Virus record (IMG/VR): IMGVR_UViG_3300032257_000567
Span: 1-43,144 of that record
From: a virus
Lineage: Duplodnaviria > Caudoviricetes
Length of the DNA: 43,144 nt
Reading direction: 5' to 3' (one strand)
Position 1 is the first letter of the stretch. The number at the start of each line of letters is the position of its first letter. A model generated the notes under the pieces. That model made no database searches. It had not been told where the DNA came from and saw nothing but the letters and a program-made list of their open reading frames with translations. A program made the position numbers and the translations under genes. Below are positions 15,754-24,954 of the stretch, one piece after another.

Positions 15754-17208
15754 ATGAATCAAACTAAACAGGTTTTGCGTTGGCGCGGTGGTCAACTTGT
15801 GAATCATGCTGCTGCACCGGCTTATAACGGGGCAAGTCAATCCGTACGGTATGCATCCTGGAACGCGCCAAGCTCTGGGCCTAATCGGGCATTGTTGGCA
15901 AACTTGCGAGTGTTACGAAATCGTAGTCGTGCTGAGGTGCGAAATAATCCCTGGATCTCTCAAGGCATTAGTCGCCTTGTTTCGAATGAAATCGGTGTGG
16001 GCATTACGCCACGGTCTCGGGCAAAAAATCAAGAATTGCGCGAAGCGTTAAATAACCTGTGGTCTAAGTTTGCCGTTGAGGTTGATTCGGATGGTGTATT
16101 TAACGTTTACGGTATGCAAGCGTTGGCGGCTCGTAGTCGTCGAACAGCGGGTGAAGTATTTTTCCGTCGTCGTCGTCGCAGTTTGGGTGATGGTTTAACG
16201 GTTCCTTTGCAAGTGCAAATTCTTGAGGCTGATTTTGTGCCGCTGGAATTGAACAAGAAACTGAACAACGGGAACCGAATTGTCGCTGGTGTTGAATTTG
16301 ATTTGATTGGTCGTCGCGTGGCGTACTGGATGTTTCGAGATCACCCGGGCGAATCTAGTGGTTTTGATTTCAATAAACTTGTGCGGATACCTGCGGGTGA
16401 TGTGATTCATCATTTTGAGGCTAAGCGACCAGGGCAGGTTCGTGGTGAACCGGATACCGTGCAAGCGTTACCCAAAGCGCATGATTATGACGAATATGAC
16501 GACGCGGAATTAAAGCGTAAAAAAGAACGTGCGCCCTATACAGGATTTATTTCGCGTAACGAACATCCGGAGGATCACAAGTACGATCCAATCACCGGCG
16601 CACCTATTGGTGATGAGGATGAAGGTCCACCGACGGTTGATGTGCAGGGTGGAACGATTCTATCGGGTTTACCTGGTGAAAATCTTACCTTGTTTGATGG
16701 TGACAATACCGGTGCCGGTTATGCGGAATATCAGTGGTTAGCGAAAAGTGCAATTTCAGCTGGACTAACGCTGCCCTATGAAATTATGTCTGGCGATTGG
16801 TCCCACGTTAATGATCGGTTGGTACGTGCGATAAATAATGAATTTCGTCGTCAAATTCGAATGGACCAACAGCATTTGGATATTCATCAGGTTTGTCGTC
16901 AACTGCGAATATGGTTCATTGAAGGCGTTCAATTTCTCGGTTTGACTTTGCCGGGTTATGCGGAAAACTTTGATGAATATCACGCGGTGGAATGGCAACC
17001 GGAAGCGTGGGCTTATACGAACCCTGAGCAGGATGTGAATGCCAAACTTAAGGCTATTGAAGGTGGTTTAACCAGTCGTCAAGCTGAAGTGGGCCAGTTG
17101 GGTCGTGAAGTTGAAGAGGTCGATCGACAAAACGCGGAAGATGAGGCCAGAATAATTGAAGAACGAAAAAAACAGAATTTAGACACTATTAACAACGAGG
17201 CCGCTTAA
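15754..17208 (+). CDS. Portal protein (lambda family)
   Basis: LRNRSR..VRNNPW, PLQVQILEAD, GVEFD..GRRVAYW, RPGQVRG. Confidence 0.95.
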   Translation: MNQTKQVLRWRGGQLVNHAAAPAYNGASQSVRYASWNAPSSGPNRALLANLRVLRNRSRAEVRNNPWISQGISRLVSNEIGVGITPRSRAKNQELREALNNLWSKFAVEVDSDGVFNVYGMQALAARSRRTAGEVFFRRRRRSLGDGLTVPLQVQILEADFVPLELNKKLNNGNRIVAGVEFDLIGRRVAYWMFRDHPGESSGFDFNKLVRIPAGDVIHHFEAKRPGQVRGEPDTVQALPKAHDYDEYDDAELKRKKERAPYTGFISRNEHPEDHKYDPITGAPIGDEDEGPPTVDVQGGTILSGLPGENLTLFDGDNTGAGYAEYQWLAKSAISAGLTLPYEIMSGDWSHVNDRLVRAINNEFRRQIRMDQQHLDIHQVCRQLRIWFIEGVQFLGLTLPGYAENFDEYHAVEWQPEAWAYTNPEQDVNAKLKAIEGGLTSRQAEVGQLGREVEEVDRQNAEDEARIIEERKKQNLDTINNEAA

Positions 17209-17220
17209 GCGGCCTTTTTT
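17198..17220 (+). terminator. Intrinsic terminator
   Basis: Palindrome AGGCCGCTTAAGCGGCCT plus T-run. Confidence 0.65.
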
Positions 17221-17238
17221 ATTTTACGGAGAGTACAA

Positions 17239-18264
17239 ATGTCCTGGTTTACGATGATGAATGGTGAAGGTTCAAAGCCTGCCAAAATTGACATCTTTGG
17301 CCCGATTGGATCTAAAAATTGGTTTGATGATTCGGGTGTAACGTTGAGTGAATTTAAACTCTCCTTGGATGGTCTGGGTGATGTGACCGAAATCGATGTG
17401 GATATCGTAAGTGAAGGCGGCATTATTTCAGCGGGTGTGCCAATGTATAACCTGCTTCGTAATCATCCTGCAAAAATCAATATGCGTGCGGTTGGTGAAG
17501 TGTCTTCAATTGCATCCGTGATATTTTTAGCGGGCGATACGCGAACCATGCCTAGCAATATTGTCAGTCTCATTCATGACTTGGGTAGTGTTTTGATGGG
17601 CGTGTATAACTCTGCAGAGTTGACAAAAATTATCGAAAATATGGGTGTCACACGTGAATCCATTTTAAATATCTATGAAGACAGACTAAATATTTCGAGA
17701 GATGAAATACACGAAATAATGAAGGCTGACACATTGATGACAGCTGACCAGGCGTTAACCTGGGGTTTTACCACTGAGACAGCTGAACCCATGGAAATGG
17801 CGGCATCGGCTGAAATGGTAATGTCTGATCATAAAAATTTGGTCCTAATGGCGCAATACAAAGCCAGTCAAACAGAAATATCATCATTAAAAGATCAGCT
17901 GGCAGAATATCAAAAACCACCAATGGTTGCTGAGGCCACACGTGTCATTGAGCTGTGTGAGTCAAGAGGTTTAGAATCTTATTCTGCGCTTATGATCAAA
18001 AACAAATTCACGGAAAACGACGTTACTCAGCGTTTAGAGTTAATGAGTAAGGTTAAAGATGTCTGTATGGCGGCTAAGGTTCCCGTGGATGCTGTGCTGA
18101 AACATATTAACAGCGTATCAGATATGGTGCGTGTTGGTATTAATGAGGCACTGGCTGCAGCGGATGTGAATATCGATGGCAGTTTGCCGATGGGTGGTGA
18201 AGGTGGTCAATCTTCGGTAAAAGTTATCAATCACAACAAAATTTATTCTCAACGTAAATCGTAA
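17239..18264 (+). CDS. ClpP-like head maturation protease with scaffold-like C-terminus
   Basis: IVSEGG, SSIASVIFLAGD, LIHD, MTADQALTWGF. Confidence 0.88.
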   Translation: MSWFTMMNGEGSKPAKIDIFGPIGSKNWFDDSGVTLSEFKLSLDGLGDVTEIDVDIVSEGGIISAGVPMYNLLRNHPAKINMRAVGEVSSIASVIFLAGDTRTMPSNIVSLIHDLGSVLMGVYNSAELTKIIENMGVTRESILNIYEDRLNISRDEIHEIMKADTLMTADQALTWGFTTETAEPMEMAASAEMVMSDHKNLVLMAQYKASQTEISSLKDQLAEYQKPPMVAEATRVIELCESRGLESYSALMIKNKFTENDVTQRLELMSKVKDVCMAAKVPVDAVLKHINSVSDMVRVGINEALAAADVNIDGSLPMGGEGGQSSVKVINHNKIYSQRKS

Positions 18265-18276
18265 AAAGGAAAAACT

Positions 18277-18909
18277 ATGTCGTTAACAAAAGTTACAGAA
18301 GGTCGCCATACAGGTGAACATATTATATCTGAGGTTGCTGGTTTATCTCGATTTGGTGCGGTTATAACTGCCATGTTGTGTGTTGTAGGGCAGGTTATGG
18401 GGCGCGTATTGTCGGCGACTGTTACAGCGGCCGGTGGTAATACGGGTGACGGCGCTATGGGTGCTGTGACATTTGGTGCCTTAGCAGATATTGGTATCTA
18501 CAAGTTGGTTTGTATTGCTGCCTCGGCGGACGCAGGAACTTTTCAAGTATTTCGACCCGATGGTTCATTGCTACCTGATTTGACGGTGGCAACAGCGTAT
18601 GCGGGTGATCATTTGAATATGACGCTGGCCGATGGTGCGGCTGATTTTATTGTGGGTGATTCGTTCACGATTGAAGTAACGGCTGATAAATACACGGCAC
18701 ATGATCCGGCAGCAACTGATGGATCGGCAAGGGCTGTGGGTATTCTATATGGTCAGGTTGATGCAAGTGTAGCTGATGCAAACGGTGTGATCAGTGATCG
18801 CTTGACTGAGGTACAGGGTGATTCGTTAACGTGGAAAACGGGAATTTCGGCGGCTGATAAAGCGGCTGGTATTGCGGCAATGGCAAAACAAAGTCTGTTT
18901 ATTCGTTAA
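18277..18909 (+). CDS. Head decoration protein (gpD-like, with an internal extra domain)
   Basis: EGRHTGEHIISE...DPAATDGSARAVGILY...LTWK; lies before the capsid gene. Confidence 0.8.
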   Translation: MSLTKVTEGRHTGEHIISEVAGLSRFGAVITAMLCVVGQVMGRVLSATVTAAGGNTGDGAMGAVTFGALADIGIYKLVCIAASADAGTFQVFRPDGSLLPDLTVATAYAGDHLNMTLADGAADFIVGDSFTIEVTADKYTAHDPAATDGSARAVGILYGQVDASVADANGVISDRLTEVQGDSLTWKTGISAADKAAGIAAMAKQSLFIR

Positions 18910-18954
18910 GAATAAGTTGTTTTTGTAGAAATTATATTTTAGGAGCGAATAGAT

Positions 18955-19959
18955 ATGGCAGAGTTAAATATTTTTGAAAATGATGCGTTTGGCGTACAAA
19001 CTTTAGTAGCGTCGATAAACGAATCACCAGAAGGACAAAATGTTCCTTCATCGGTAGATGGGTTGTTTCAAGAAGATGGTATTACCACTACAGTGGTTTC
19101 GATCGAAAAAGAGGGCGAGACATTAGCGTTGGTTCCTGCTAAAGAGCGTGGTGAGCCGGGTGCTACTTATGCGAAAGGTAAGCGTGAAAAAATTCCGTTC
19201 CAAACAGTACATTTACCTCAAATGGGTGGACTAGACGCGGATGAAGTTTTAAAGGTCCGTGCTTTTGGTTCTCAAACCGAGGAAGAGGCGGTAATGAATG
19301 TGGTTAATCGTGAGCTTCGTCGTATGCGTCGTCGCCTGGATGCAACTATTGCATTTCAACGTATTTGTGCGATCAAAGGTATTGTTTATGATGCTGATGG
19401 TTCAACTCCTTTGCTTGATATATTTAATCGTTTTGGTTTATCGCAACAAACTTTGGGTATGGCGTTAGGTACACCAGGTACCAAAGTGCGAAACAAGGCT
19501 GTTGCAGCAAAAAGAATGATTGAAGATAATATTGGCGATGCGGGTGTGATCTCTGGATATACCTCATATTGTGGGCGTAACTTTTTCGACGCGTTTGTTT
19601 CTCACGCTGATGTTGAGGCTGCCTATGCGCGTTGGCAAAACGGCGAAGCATTGCGAAGTGATGTCCGTGAAGGGTTTGTATTTGCGGGTATTACCTGGAA
19701 AGAATATTACGGCAAAGTTGGTAGTGTTACTTTTATCGGGGCTGATGACGCGTATCTTGTGCCAGAAGGTGTTGATGATATGTTTATCACACGTTTTGCA
19801 CCGGCTAATTACATGGAAACTGTAGGAACCATGGGTCTGCCATATTACGCAAAACAAGAAATGCGCAAGTTCAATAAAGGTGTTGATTTGGAAGCTCAGT
19901 CAAATGTGCTTAATTTAAACACCCGTCCTCGCGGAGTGATTAAACTCACTAAAATCTAA
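18955..19959 (+). CDS. Major capsid protein (lambda E family)
   Basis: FQEDGITTT, TLALVPAKERG, FAPANYMETVGTMGLPYY, EAQSNVL..NTRP. Confidence 0.93.
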   Translation: MAELNIFENDAFGVQTLVASINESPEGQNVPSSVDGLFQEDGITTTVVSIEKEGETLALVPAKERGEPGATYAKGKREKIPFQTVHLPQMGGLDADEVLKVRAFGSQTEEEAVMNVVNRELRRMRRRLDATIAFQRICAIKGIVYDADGSTPLLDIFNRFGLSQQTLGMALGTPGTKVRNKAVAAKRMIEDNIGDAGVISGYTSYCGRNFFDAFVSHADVEAAYARWQNGEALRSDVREGFVFAGITWKEYYGKVGSVTFIGADDAYLVPEGVDDMFITRFAPANYMETVGTMGLPYYAKQEMRKFNKGVDLEAQSNVLNLNTRPRGVIKLTKI

Positions 19960-20282
19960 TGATTGATTACGAACGACACTTCGCTGTCAGCCTGGCGGTG
20001 CATGGTGAAATAATCCAAACACCTGTGGGTGACATGCGAGGTATCGTTCGTATTCGTCGTGAAGATGAGGTTTTGAATTCAAAAAGCAGTATTGAGCTTG
20101 ACATGGATCACTCGCGATTATCGTTGAGCGAGGAAGATGCTGCATTGCTGCAGAAAGGTCAAAGTATTACAGCACGGGGTAAAAGTTACGATTTAGGTAA
20201 GCCGATTCCACGTAATAGCCATGTTCAGTTTTTGTTGGTGGATACACAGATAAACAATCCGTCGCAAGGTAATTGGAAATAG
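19959..20282 (+). CDS. Head-tail joining protein (FII-like)
   Basis: Position and size; TAATG coupling to the capsid gene. Confidence 0.55.
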   Translation: MIDYERHFAVSLAVHGEIIQTPVGDMRGIVRIRREDEVLNSKSSIELDMDHSRLSLSEEDAALLQKGQSITARGKSYDLGKPIPRNSHVQFLLVDTQINNPSQGNWK

Positions 20283-20842
20283 TGGGTGTTACCCGGCAGA
20301 CTGATTATTTAACTTTTTCAATTGATGATTCTGAGTTAGATAAATTTAAATATGCCTTAAATTCCGCGCAAATTGATCGTGCGCGTAAACGTGCGGCAGA
20401 TGAAACAGCGCAGTGGTTGATGACTCGTTTGGTACGACAAGTTAGTACTAACATGGGAATCAAACAAAAATTATTACGTAGTCGTATTAGGCGGTTTTCA
20501 TCAAGTCGTGATCCTCAAAAAAAGCGCAGTGCGGCTTATGTCTGGTTCGGCCAATACAATATAGAACCAAAGCGTACAGGGCGGATTGAAGACTTTGCGA
20601 AAGGCGCGTTTGGTGGTGAGTTTTTTTTTGATGGTGGATTTGTAGCAAAAATGCCATCTGGCCATGTTGGAATATTCAAACGTAGAAACCAAAAGCGATT
20701 AAAGATTGATGAGCAATATATTGAGATCAACCAGGTTGTAGATGAAACGCTTGCTCGGTTGATTCCCAGAGCAGAAAAAGAACTGATTCGAAAAACGGAT
20801 CAAAAGATTCGTTTTGAGATGGAAAAGGTATTGGGCAAATAA
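20273..20842 (+). CDS. Minor tail protein Z-like
   Basis: Basic protein; FVAKMPSGHVGIFKR motif; start uncertain. Confidence 0.7.
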   Translation: MEIVGVTRQTDYLTFSIDDSELDKFKYALNSAQIDRARKRAADETAQWLMTRLVRQVSTNMGIKQKLLRSRIRRFSSSRDPQKKRSAAYVWFGQYNIEPKRTGRIEDFAKGAFGGEFFFDGGFVAKMPSGHVGIFKRRNQKRLKIDEQYIEINQVVDETLARLIPRAEKELIRKTDQKIRFEMEKVLGK

Positions 20843-21364
20843 ATGGAAGTTGATATTGAGCAATACCATGATGCCATTATTAACGCATTGAAGCTTGAGT
20901 TCGCCAGTCGTGTGAATACGATTGATCGTTATGAGCCAAATCAAGAAAACCCGATTGATACGCCGGCTATCTTACTTGAAATGGAATATGCCGATGAGGG
21001 CTTTGATCAGGGTGACGACAAAATTCCTTTATCATGCAAAATGACGTTGCATGTATTGCTTGGCAATCAAACGCCAAATATCAAACTTGAAATACGTAAG
21101 TTTGCGGTTCAAGTATTTGTTTTAGTGCGTAGTAATCAATTTGGTTTGAGTGATGTTGAAATACCATCTGGTTTGAACATGGGGCCCGGAGATTTTAAAG
21201 TTGGTAAACATGGCTATGAAGGTTGGTTTATCAGTTGGGATCAAAATATTTTTCTCGGGTCTTCTGTGTGGGAGCCGACAGGTTTTGTGCCTCAAACCGT
21301 TTTTGTTGGTCATTCTCCAGATGTGGGTATTGATCCAAATACTTATGATGAGGTTACGGAGTGA
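20843..21364 (+). CDS. Tail completion/terminator-like protein
   Basis: TPAILLE, W.Q..FLG.SVW; lies before baseplate V. Confidence 0.6.
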   Translation: MEVDIEQYHDAIINALKLEFASRVNTIDRYEPNQENPIDTPAILLEMEYADEGFDQGDDKIPLSCKMTLHVLLGNQTPNIKLEIRKFAVQVFVLVRSNQFGLSDVEIPSGLNMGPGDFKVGKHGYEGWFISWDQNIFLGSSVWEPTGFVPQTVFVGHSPDVGIDPNTYDEVTE

Positions 21365-21543
21365 GTGCGCCCGATAAAATGCCGGTTGATGCGCAGTGCC
21401 GCATTGATGGTTTGTATTATAAGATCGGTTTACACGGTAGAGCCTTTTATTGGTGTGGCTCCGAATGGTTTAGTAGCGCAAAGAGCGTGAGCGTGGTTAC
21501 TCGTAATATTACTTCTACAGAGCATTCATTGGCGAATCCCTAA
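21361..21543 (+). CDS. Small hypothetical protein
   Basis: Coupled at both ends (GTGA, TAATG); YYKIGLHGRAFYW. Confidence 0.55.
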   Translation: MSAPDKMPVDAQCRIDGLYYKIGLHGRAFYWCGSEWFSSAKSVSVVTRNITSTEHSLANP

Positions 21544-22148
21544 TGCAACAACTTCTTGAATTAGCCGCACGCGTTGCAGACCTGGAACGTCAAATTCTCA
21601 ATGTGATGAGAATTGGCACGATTGAATCGATTGACTATACAGCTGCATTAGCCACGGTTCGACTGGAACCCGATTTGATAGTCACGGACATTACCTGGAC
21701 GACGCGTAGAGCACACGGTGATGTTGAATGGTGGGCACCCGAAGTGGGTGAGCAGGTTGTGGTGTCATCGCCAGGTGGTGAATTATCTCAGGCAGTAATT
21801 GATCGATGTCTTTATCAAAACAGTTATCCAGCGCCAGAATCACTGGAAACTGTGCATAGTGTAACGTATGCAGACGGTGCAATCATATCATACGACCGTG
21901 AAAATTCAGTTCTCAGTGCGATATTGCCCGCTGGTGCGACCGTGGAGCTCACAGCAGATGGTGGGATTAACATTGCCGGTGATGTGAGTGTAACGGGTTC
22001 AATTAGCGCTACAGAAGATATAACTGCAGCGGGTGAAATTAGCGATACTGATGGCGAGTTAAGTCGCTTACGTACAAATTATAATAGTCATAAACATGTG
22101 GGTAACCTGGGTAATCCAACAAGTCCGTCGGATAGTTTGGATCAGTAG
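21543..22148 (+). CDS. Baseplate assembly protein V (spike)
   Basis: WWAPEVGEQVVVSSPGG, YADGAIISYD, C-terminal HKH. Confidence 0.92.
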   Translation: MQQLLELAARVADLERQILNVMRIGTIESIDYTAALATVRLEPDLIVTDITWTTRRAHGDVEWWAPEVGEQVVVSSPGGELSQAVIDRCLYQNSYPAPESLETVHSVTYADGAIISYDRENSVLSAILPAGATVELTADGGINIAGDVSVTGSISATEDITAAGEISDTDGELSRLRTNYNSHKHVGNLGNPTSPSDSLDQ

Positions 22149-22173
22149 TGTATTTAATCTCGGAGGTGCTGAC

Positions 22174-22338
22174 ATGGCCTGTGATAAATGCGTTTTACCT
22201 TACTCGTATCAAGAATTATTTGAACTTAAAACGTTGCACTCGTTGCATAAAGAAAACCTGCGAAAAGCAACGGAAGAAATGCACAGGCGTGCGATTAAGC
22301 TAGGTCGGTTTGAAGAAAAATATAAGCGAATATTATGA
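22174..22338 (+). CDS. Small hypothetical protein
   Basis: GGAGG RBS before ATG at 22174 (MACDKC...); ATGA coupling downstream. Confidence 0.55.
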   Translation: MACDKCVLPYSYQELFELKTLHSLHKENLRKATEEMHRRAIKLGRFEEKYKRIL

Positions 22339-22859
22339 CACTAAATGCAAGTAGTGGTGCCAGTGCTGCCAATAGTGCGTTACAAGCTCAGATTACAAAG
22401 CTTGAAAATAATCAAACGCTAAAAAGCCCTACTGATATGGGTAAGGATTTTGCGGCTGCGTATCACGACTATGCGAAATCCAGTATTTTGCCAGGGGCGG
22501 ATATGTCGGCAGGTGGCACTTTGTCAATTCTGGAGTCTGCATTTGTTAGTGATAACACCAGCGGCATGGCTGCTCAAATTGCGCAGGGGATTTGTGATTA
22601 CTGGTCTAGCTTCGCTGTGCCTGGTGTTCCTGCTCACGGTGGCACTAGCGTTGTTTCTGTGGTGGTTGATGGGGCTAGTGTCATTGCGGCAATGACAGCG
22701 GCAGTACAAAGTTTGATTACCGACGTAGAGCAAGCCGATGGTTGGCTTAATCTATATCAAGATACAGAAGCTGTTGTGAAAACGATTCCATGTGTCATTA
22801 CTGAAATGATACCAGGTACTCCTCCGGTACCGACTCCATTTCCTGAAACCATTAGTTAA
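22335..22859 (+). CDS. Hypothetical baseplate-region protein
   Basis: 174-aa Ala/Gly-rich ORF in the operon. Confidence 0.65.
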   Translation: MTLNASSGASAANSALQAQITKLENNQTLKSPTDMGKDFAAAYHDYAKSSILPGADMSAGGTLSILESAFVSDNTSGMAAQIAQGICDYWSSFAVPGVPAHGGTSVVSVVVDGASVIAAMTAAVQSLITDVEQADGWLNLYQDTEAVVKTIPCVITEMIPGTPPVPTPFPETIS

Positions 22860-22868
22860 AGGCAGATT

Positions 22869-23177
22869 ATGAAAGACTATATTGTACAAAAAGATTTTCA
22901 TCATGACGGTAAATTCTATCGGGCAGCTACTGAAACAAGCCCTGCTGATGAAATATCATTAAATGATCGACAGGCGAGAAGTTATCGAATTGGCAATTTT
23001 ATTAGTGAAAAATCGATTGCTACTACAGTTGTAGAGTCTGTCGAGCCGGTGGTAGATACAATTCCTGATACCGTTGAAGTTAAGGAAGTATTAAAAAAAG
23101 ACATGGCTACTAAGCCAAAACTGGTAAAGAGCGATCCATCAAAACAAACGCGTCATTCAAAATCGAAAGTCGACTAA
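22869..23177 (+). CDS. Hypothetical protein
   Basis: ORF in the operon; low-complexity Lys-rich C-terminus. Confidence 0.55.
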   Translation: MKDYIVQKDFHHDGKFYRAATETSPADEISLNDRQARSYRIGNFISEKSIATTVVESVEPVVDTIPDTVEVKEVLKKDMATKPKLVKSDPSKQTRHSKSKVD

Positions 23178-23180
23178 TTC

Positions 23181-23531
23181 ATGCGTGGCATGTCTCGTAC
23201 CACGGGTAAATATCTCGAAGGTCTGGATCACGCAGAACAACGCCTGATTGATGTGCTCACAACCTCAAAAGTATCGCGGGTGATGAATCGCGAATATGGC
23301 GCGGGGCTTATGGATCTGGTTGATAAGAATGTCAACGAATCCTGGGTTGTGCAGGCCAATGCAGCTGTTGCGGAAGCGATTAACAATCCGGTGAACGGTT
23401 TAAGTGACTTGCGATTGGTGAGGGTAGTTTTAGAAAAGTTTACTGATAGTAATATTGAAGTGAATGTTGAGGCGGACTATTTGCCAACGCAAGAACGTGT
23501 TTTATTTAACGGGATTAATATCAGCGCATGA
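23181..23531 (+). CDS. Baseplate wedge protein W (gp25-like)
   Basis: GMSRTTGKYL...DVLTT...RVMNREYG. Confidence 0.9.
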   Translation: MRGMSRTTGKYLEGLDHAEQRLIDVLTTSKVSRVMNREYGAGLMDLVDKNVNESWVVQANAAVAEAINNPVNGLSDLRLVRVVLEKFTDSNIEVNVEADYLPTQERVLFNGINISA

Positions 23532-24418
23532 GTACACCCATAGATTTATCAGCCTTACCAGCGCCGGAAATTATTGAACCTCTCGATTTTGTAACGATTC
23601 GCGATGCCATGCTCACTGATCTTAGGGTGCGTGATTCGTCTTATACGGCGCTGGTGGCCAGTGATCCGTTGTACAAATTCATTGAAGACGTTGCTTATCG
23701 TGAGTTGTATTTGCGACAGCGGATTAATGATGCTGCCTCTGCGGTTATGCTGGCTCATGCTGTGGGTACGGATCTGGACAACTTAGCTGCATATTTTAAT
23801 GTGCCGCGCTTGGTCATTGATCCAGGTAACCCTAATGCGATACCGCCAGTTGATCCAACATATGAAGCGGATAGTGATTTAAGAGCACGAATATTGTTGG
23901 TGTTTGATAGTAACAACACAGCAGGCTCGGCTAATGGCTATGCTTATTATGCAAAAACGGCAAGTGGTAGTGTAAAAGATGTCCTGGTTAAATCGCCCAG
24001 CGCGGGAAATGTAACTGTCAGTATCCTATCCACAACGGGTGATGGGGTTGCTGATGGTGCATTGGTTTCCTTAATTGATTCTGCGTTGACCGCTGATGAT
24101 GTTCGCCCATTGACAGATAATGTCACGGTGCAAAGCGCAACAATTGTTAATTATTCTGTGACAGCTCAGTTGTATGTTTACAGTGGGCCTGATCAAACAG
24201 AAGTGTTGTCAGCATCTCAGGCATCAGTACAAGCTCACGTTGACGCAATGCATAAGATTGGACGTGATATAACTTTGAGCGGCTTGTATGCGGCATTGCA
24301 TGTGTCTGGCGTGCAGCGAGTGGTGATGTCTCTGCCAGCATCAGATGTGGCTATCACTGATGAGCAAGCAGGATATTGCACAGCTAAAACCATCACAATC
24401 GCTGGAATTGCAGAATAA
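23528..24418 (+). CDS. Baseplate J-like protein
   Basis: IDLSALPAP.IIE.LDF, AYRELYLRQRIN, VRPLTD.V.V. Confidence 0.93.
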   Translation: MSTPIDLSALPAPEIIEPLDFVTIRDAMLTDLRVRDSSYTALVASDPLYKFIEDVAYRELYLRQRINDAASAVMLAHAVGTDLDNLAAYFNVPRLVIDPGNPNAIPPVDPTYEADSDLRARILLVFDSNNTAGSANGYAYYAKTASGSVKDVLVKSPSAGNVTVSILSTTGDGVADGALVSLIDSALTADDVRPLTDNVTVQSATIVNYSVTAQLYVYSGPDQTEVLSASQASVQAHVDAMHKIGRDITLSGLYAALHVSGVQRVVMSLPASDVAITDEQAGYCTAKTITIAGIAE

Positions 24419-24948
24419 TGTCTTTATTACCATCAAACGCGACTTTAATGGAAAAAGCCTTTGATGAAATGTTGCAGACCAGGATTAGTGATCTTGCAAT
24501 AGAATCTCGGCATCTCTGGAATCCAGATTTATGTCCAGCGGGATTGCTGAGTTGGTTGGCGTGGTCCATGGGTGTTACTCATTGGGATGGTACCTGGTCA
24601 ACCGCTGTTAAGCGTCAAATGATTAAGGACAGTGTGCAGTTACGTTTTAAAGCAGGCACAGCCTGGGCAATTGAAACGGCCATAAAAAATATCACAGCTC
24701 ATGATTCTGTATTCTGCCATGAGTGGTTTGAATACGAAGGAAGTCCATATCATTTTACATTGAATATCGATCTAGCTGGTGCGACGCCGGGCCAGGCGTT
24801 GTCTGAACTTGTTAATCAATTGATTGCGGTTTACAAAAATGCACGCAGTGAATTGGATAATGTTTATTTTTTTGAAGCGCAGCAAAGTCCTGCTTATGTA
24901 GGGGTGCAGGTAATGCATGGCGGCGTGATAACTATTAAGGCACAATAA
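24418..24948 (+). CDS. Tail protein I (P2 I-like)
   Basis: SLLPSNAT..E, LWNPDLCP..LL.WLAW, EWFEY.G.PY.F. Confidence 0.92.
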   Translation: MSLLPSNATLMEKAFDEMLQTRISDLAIESRHLWNPDLCPAGLLSWLAWSMGVTHWDGTWSTAVKRQMIKDSVQLRFKAGTAWAIETAIKNITAHDSVFCHEWFEYEGSPYHFTLNIDLAGATPGQALSELVNQLIAVYKNARSELDNVYFFEAQQSPAYVGVQVMHGGVITIKAQ

Positions 24949-24954
24949 AACGCG

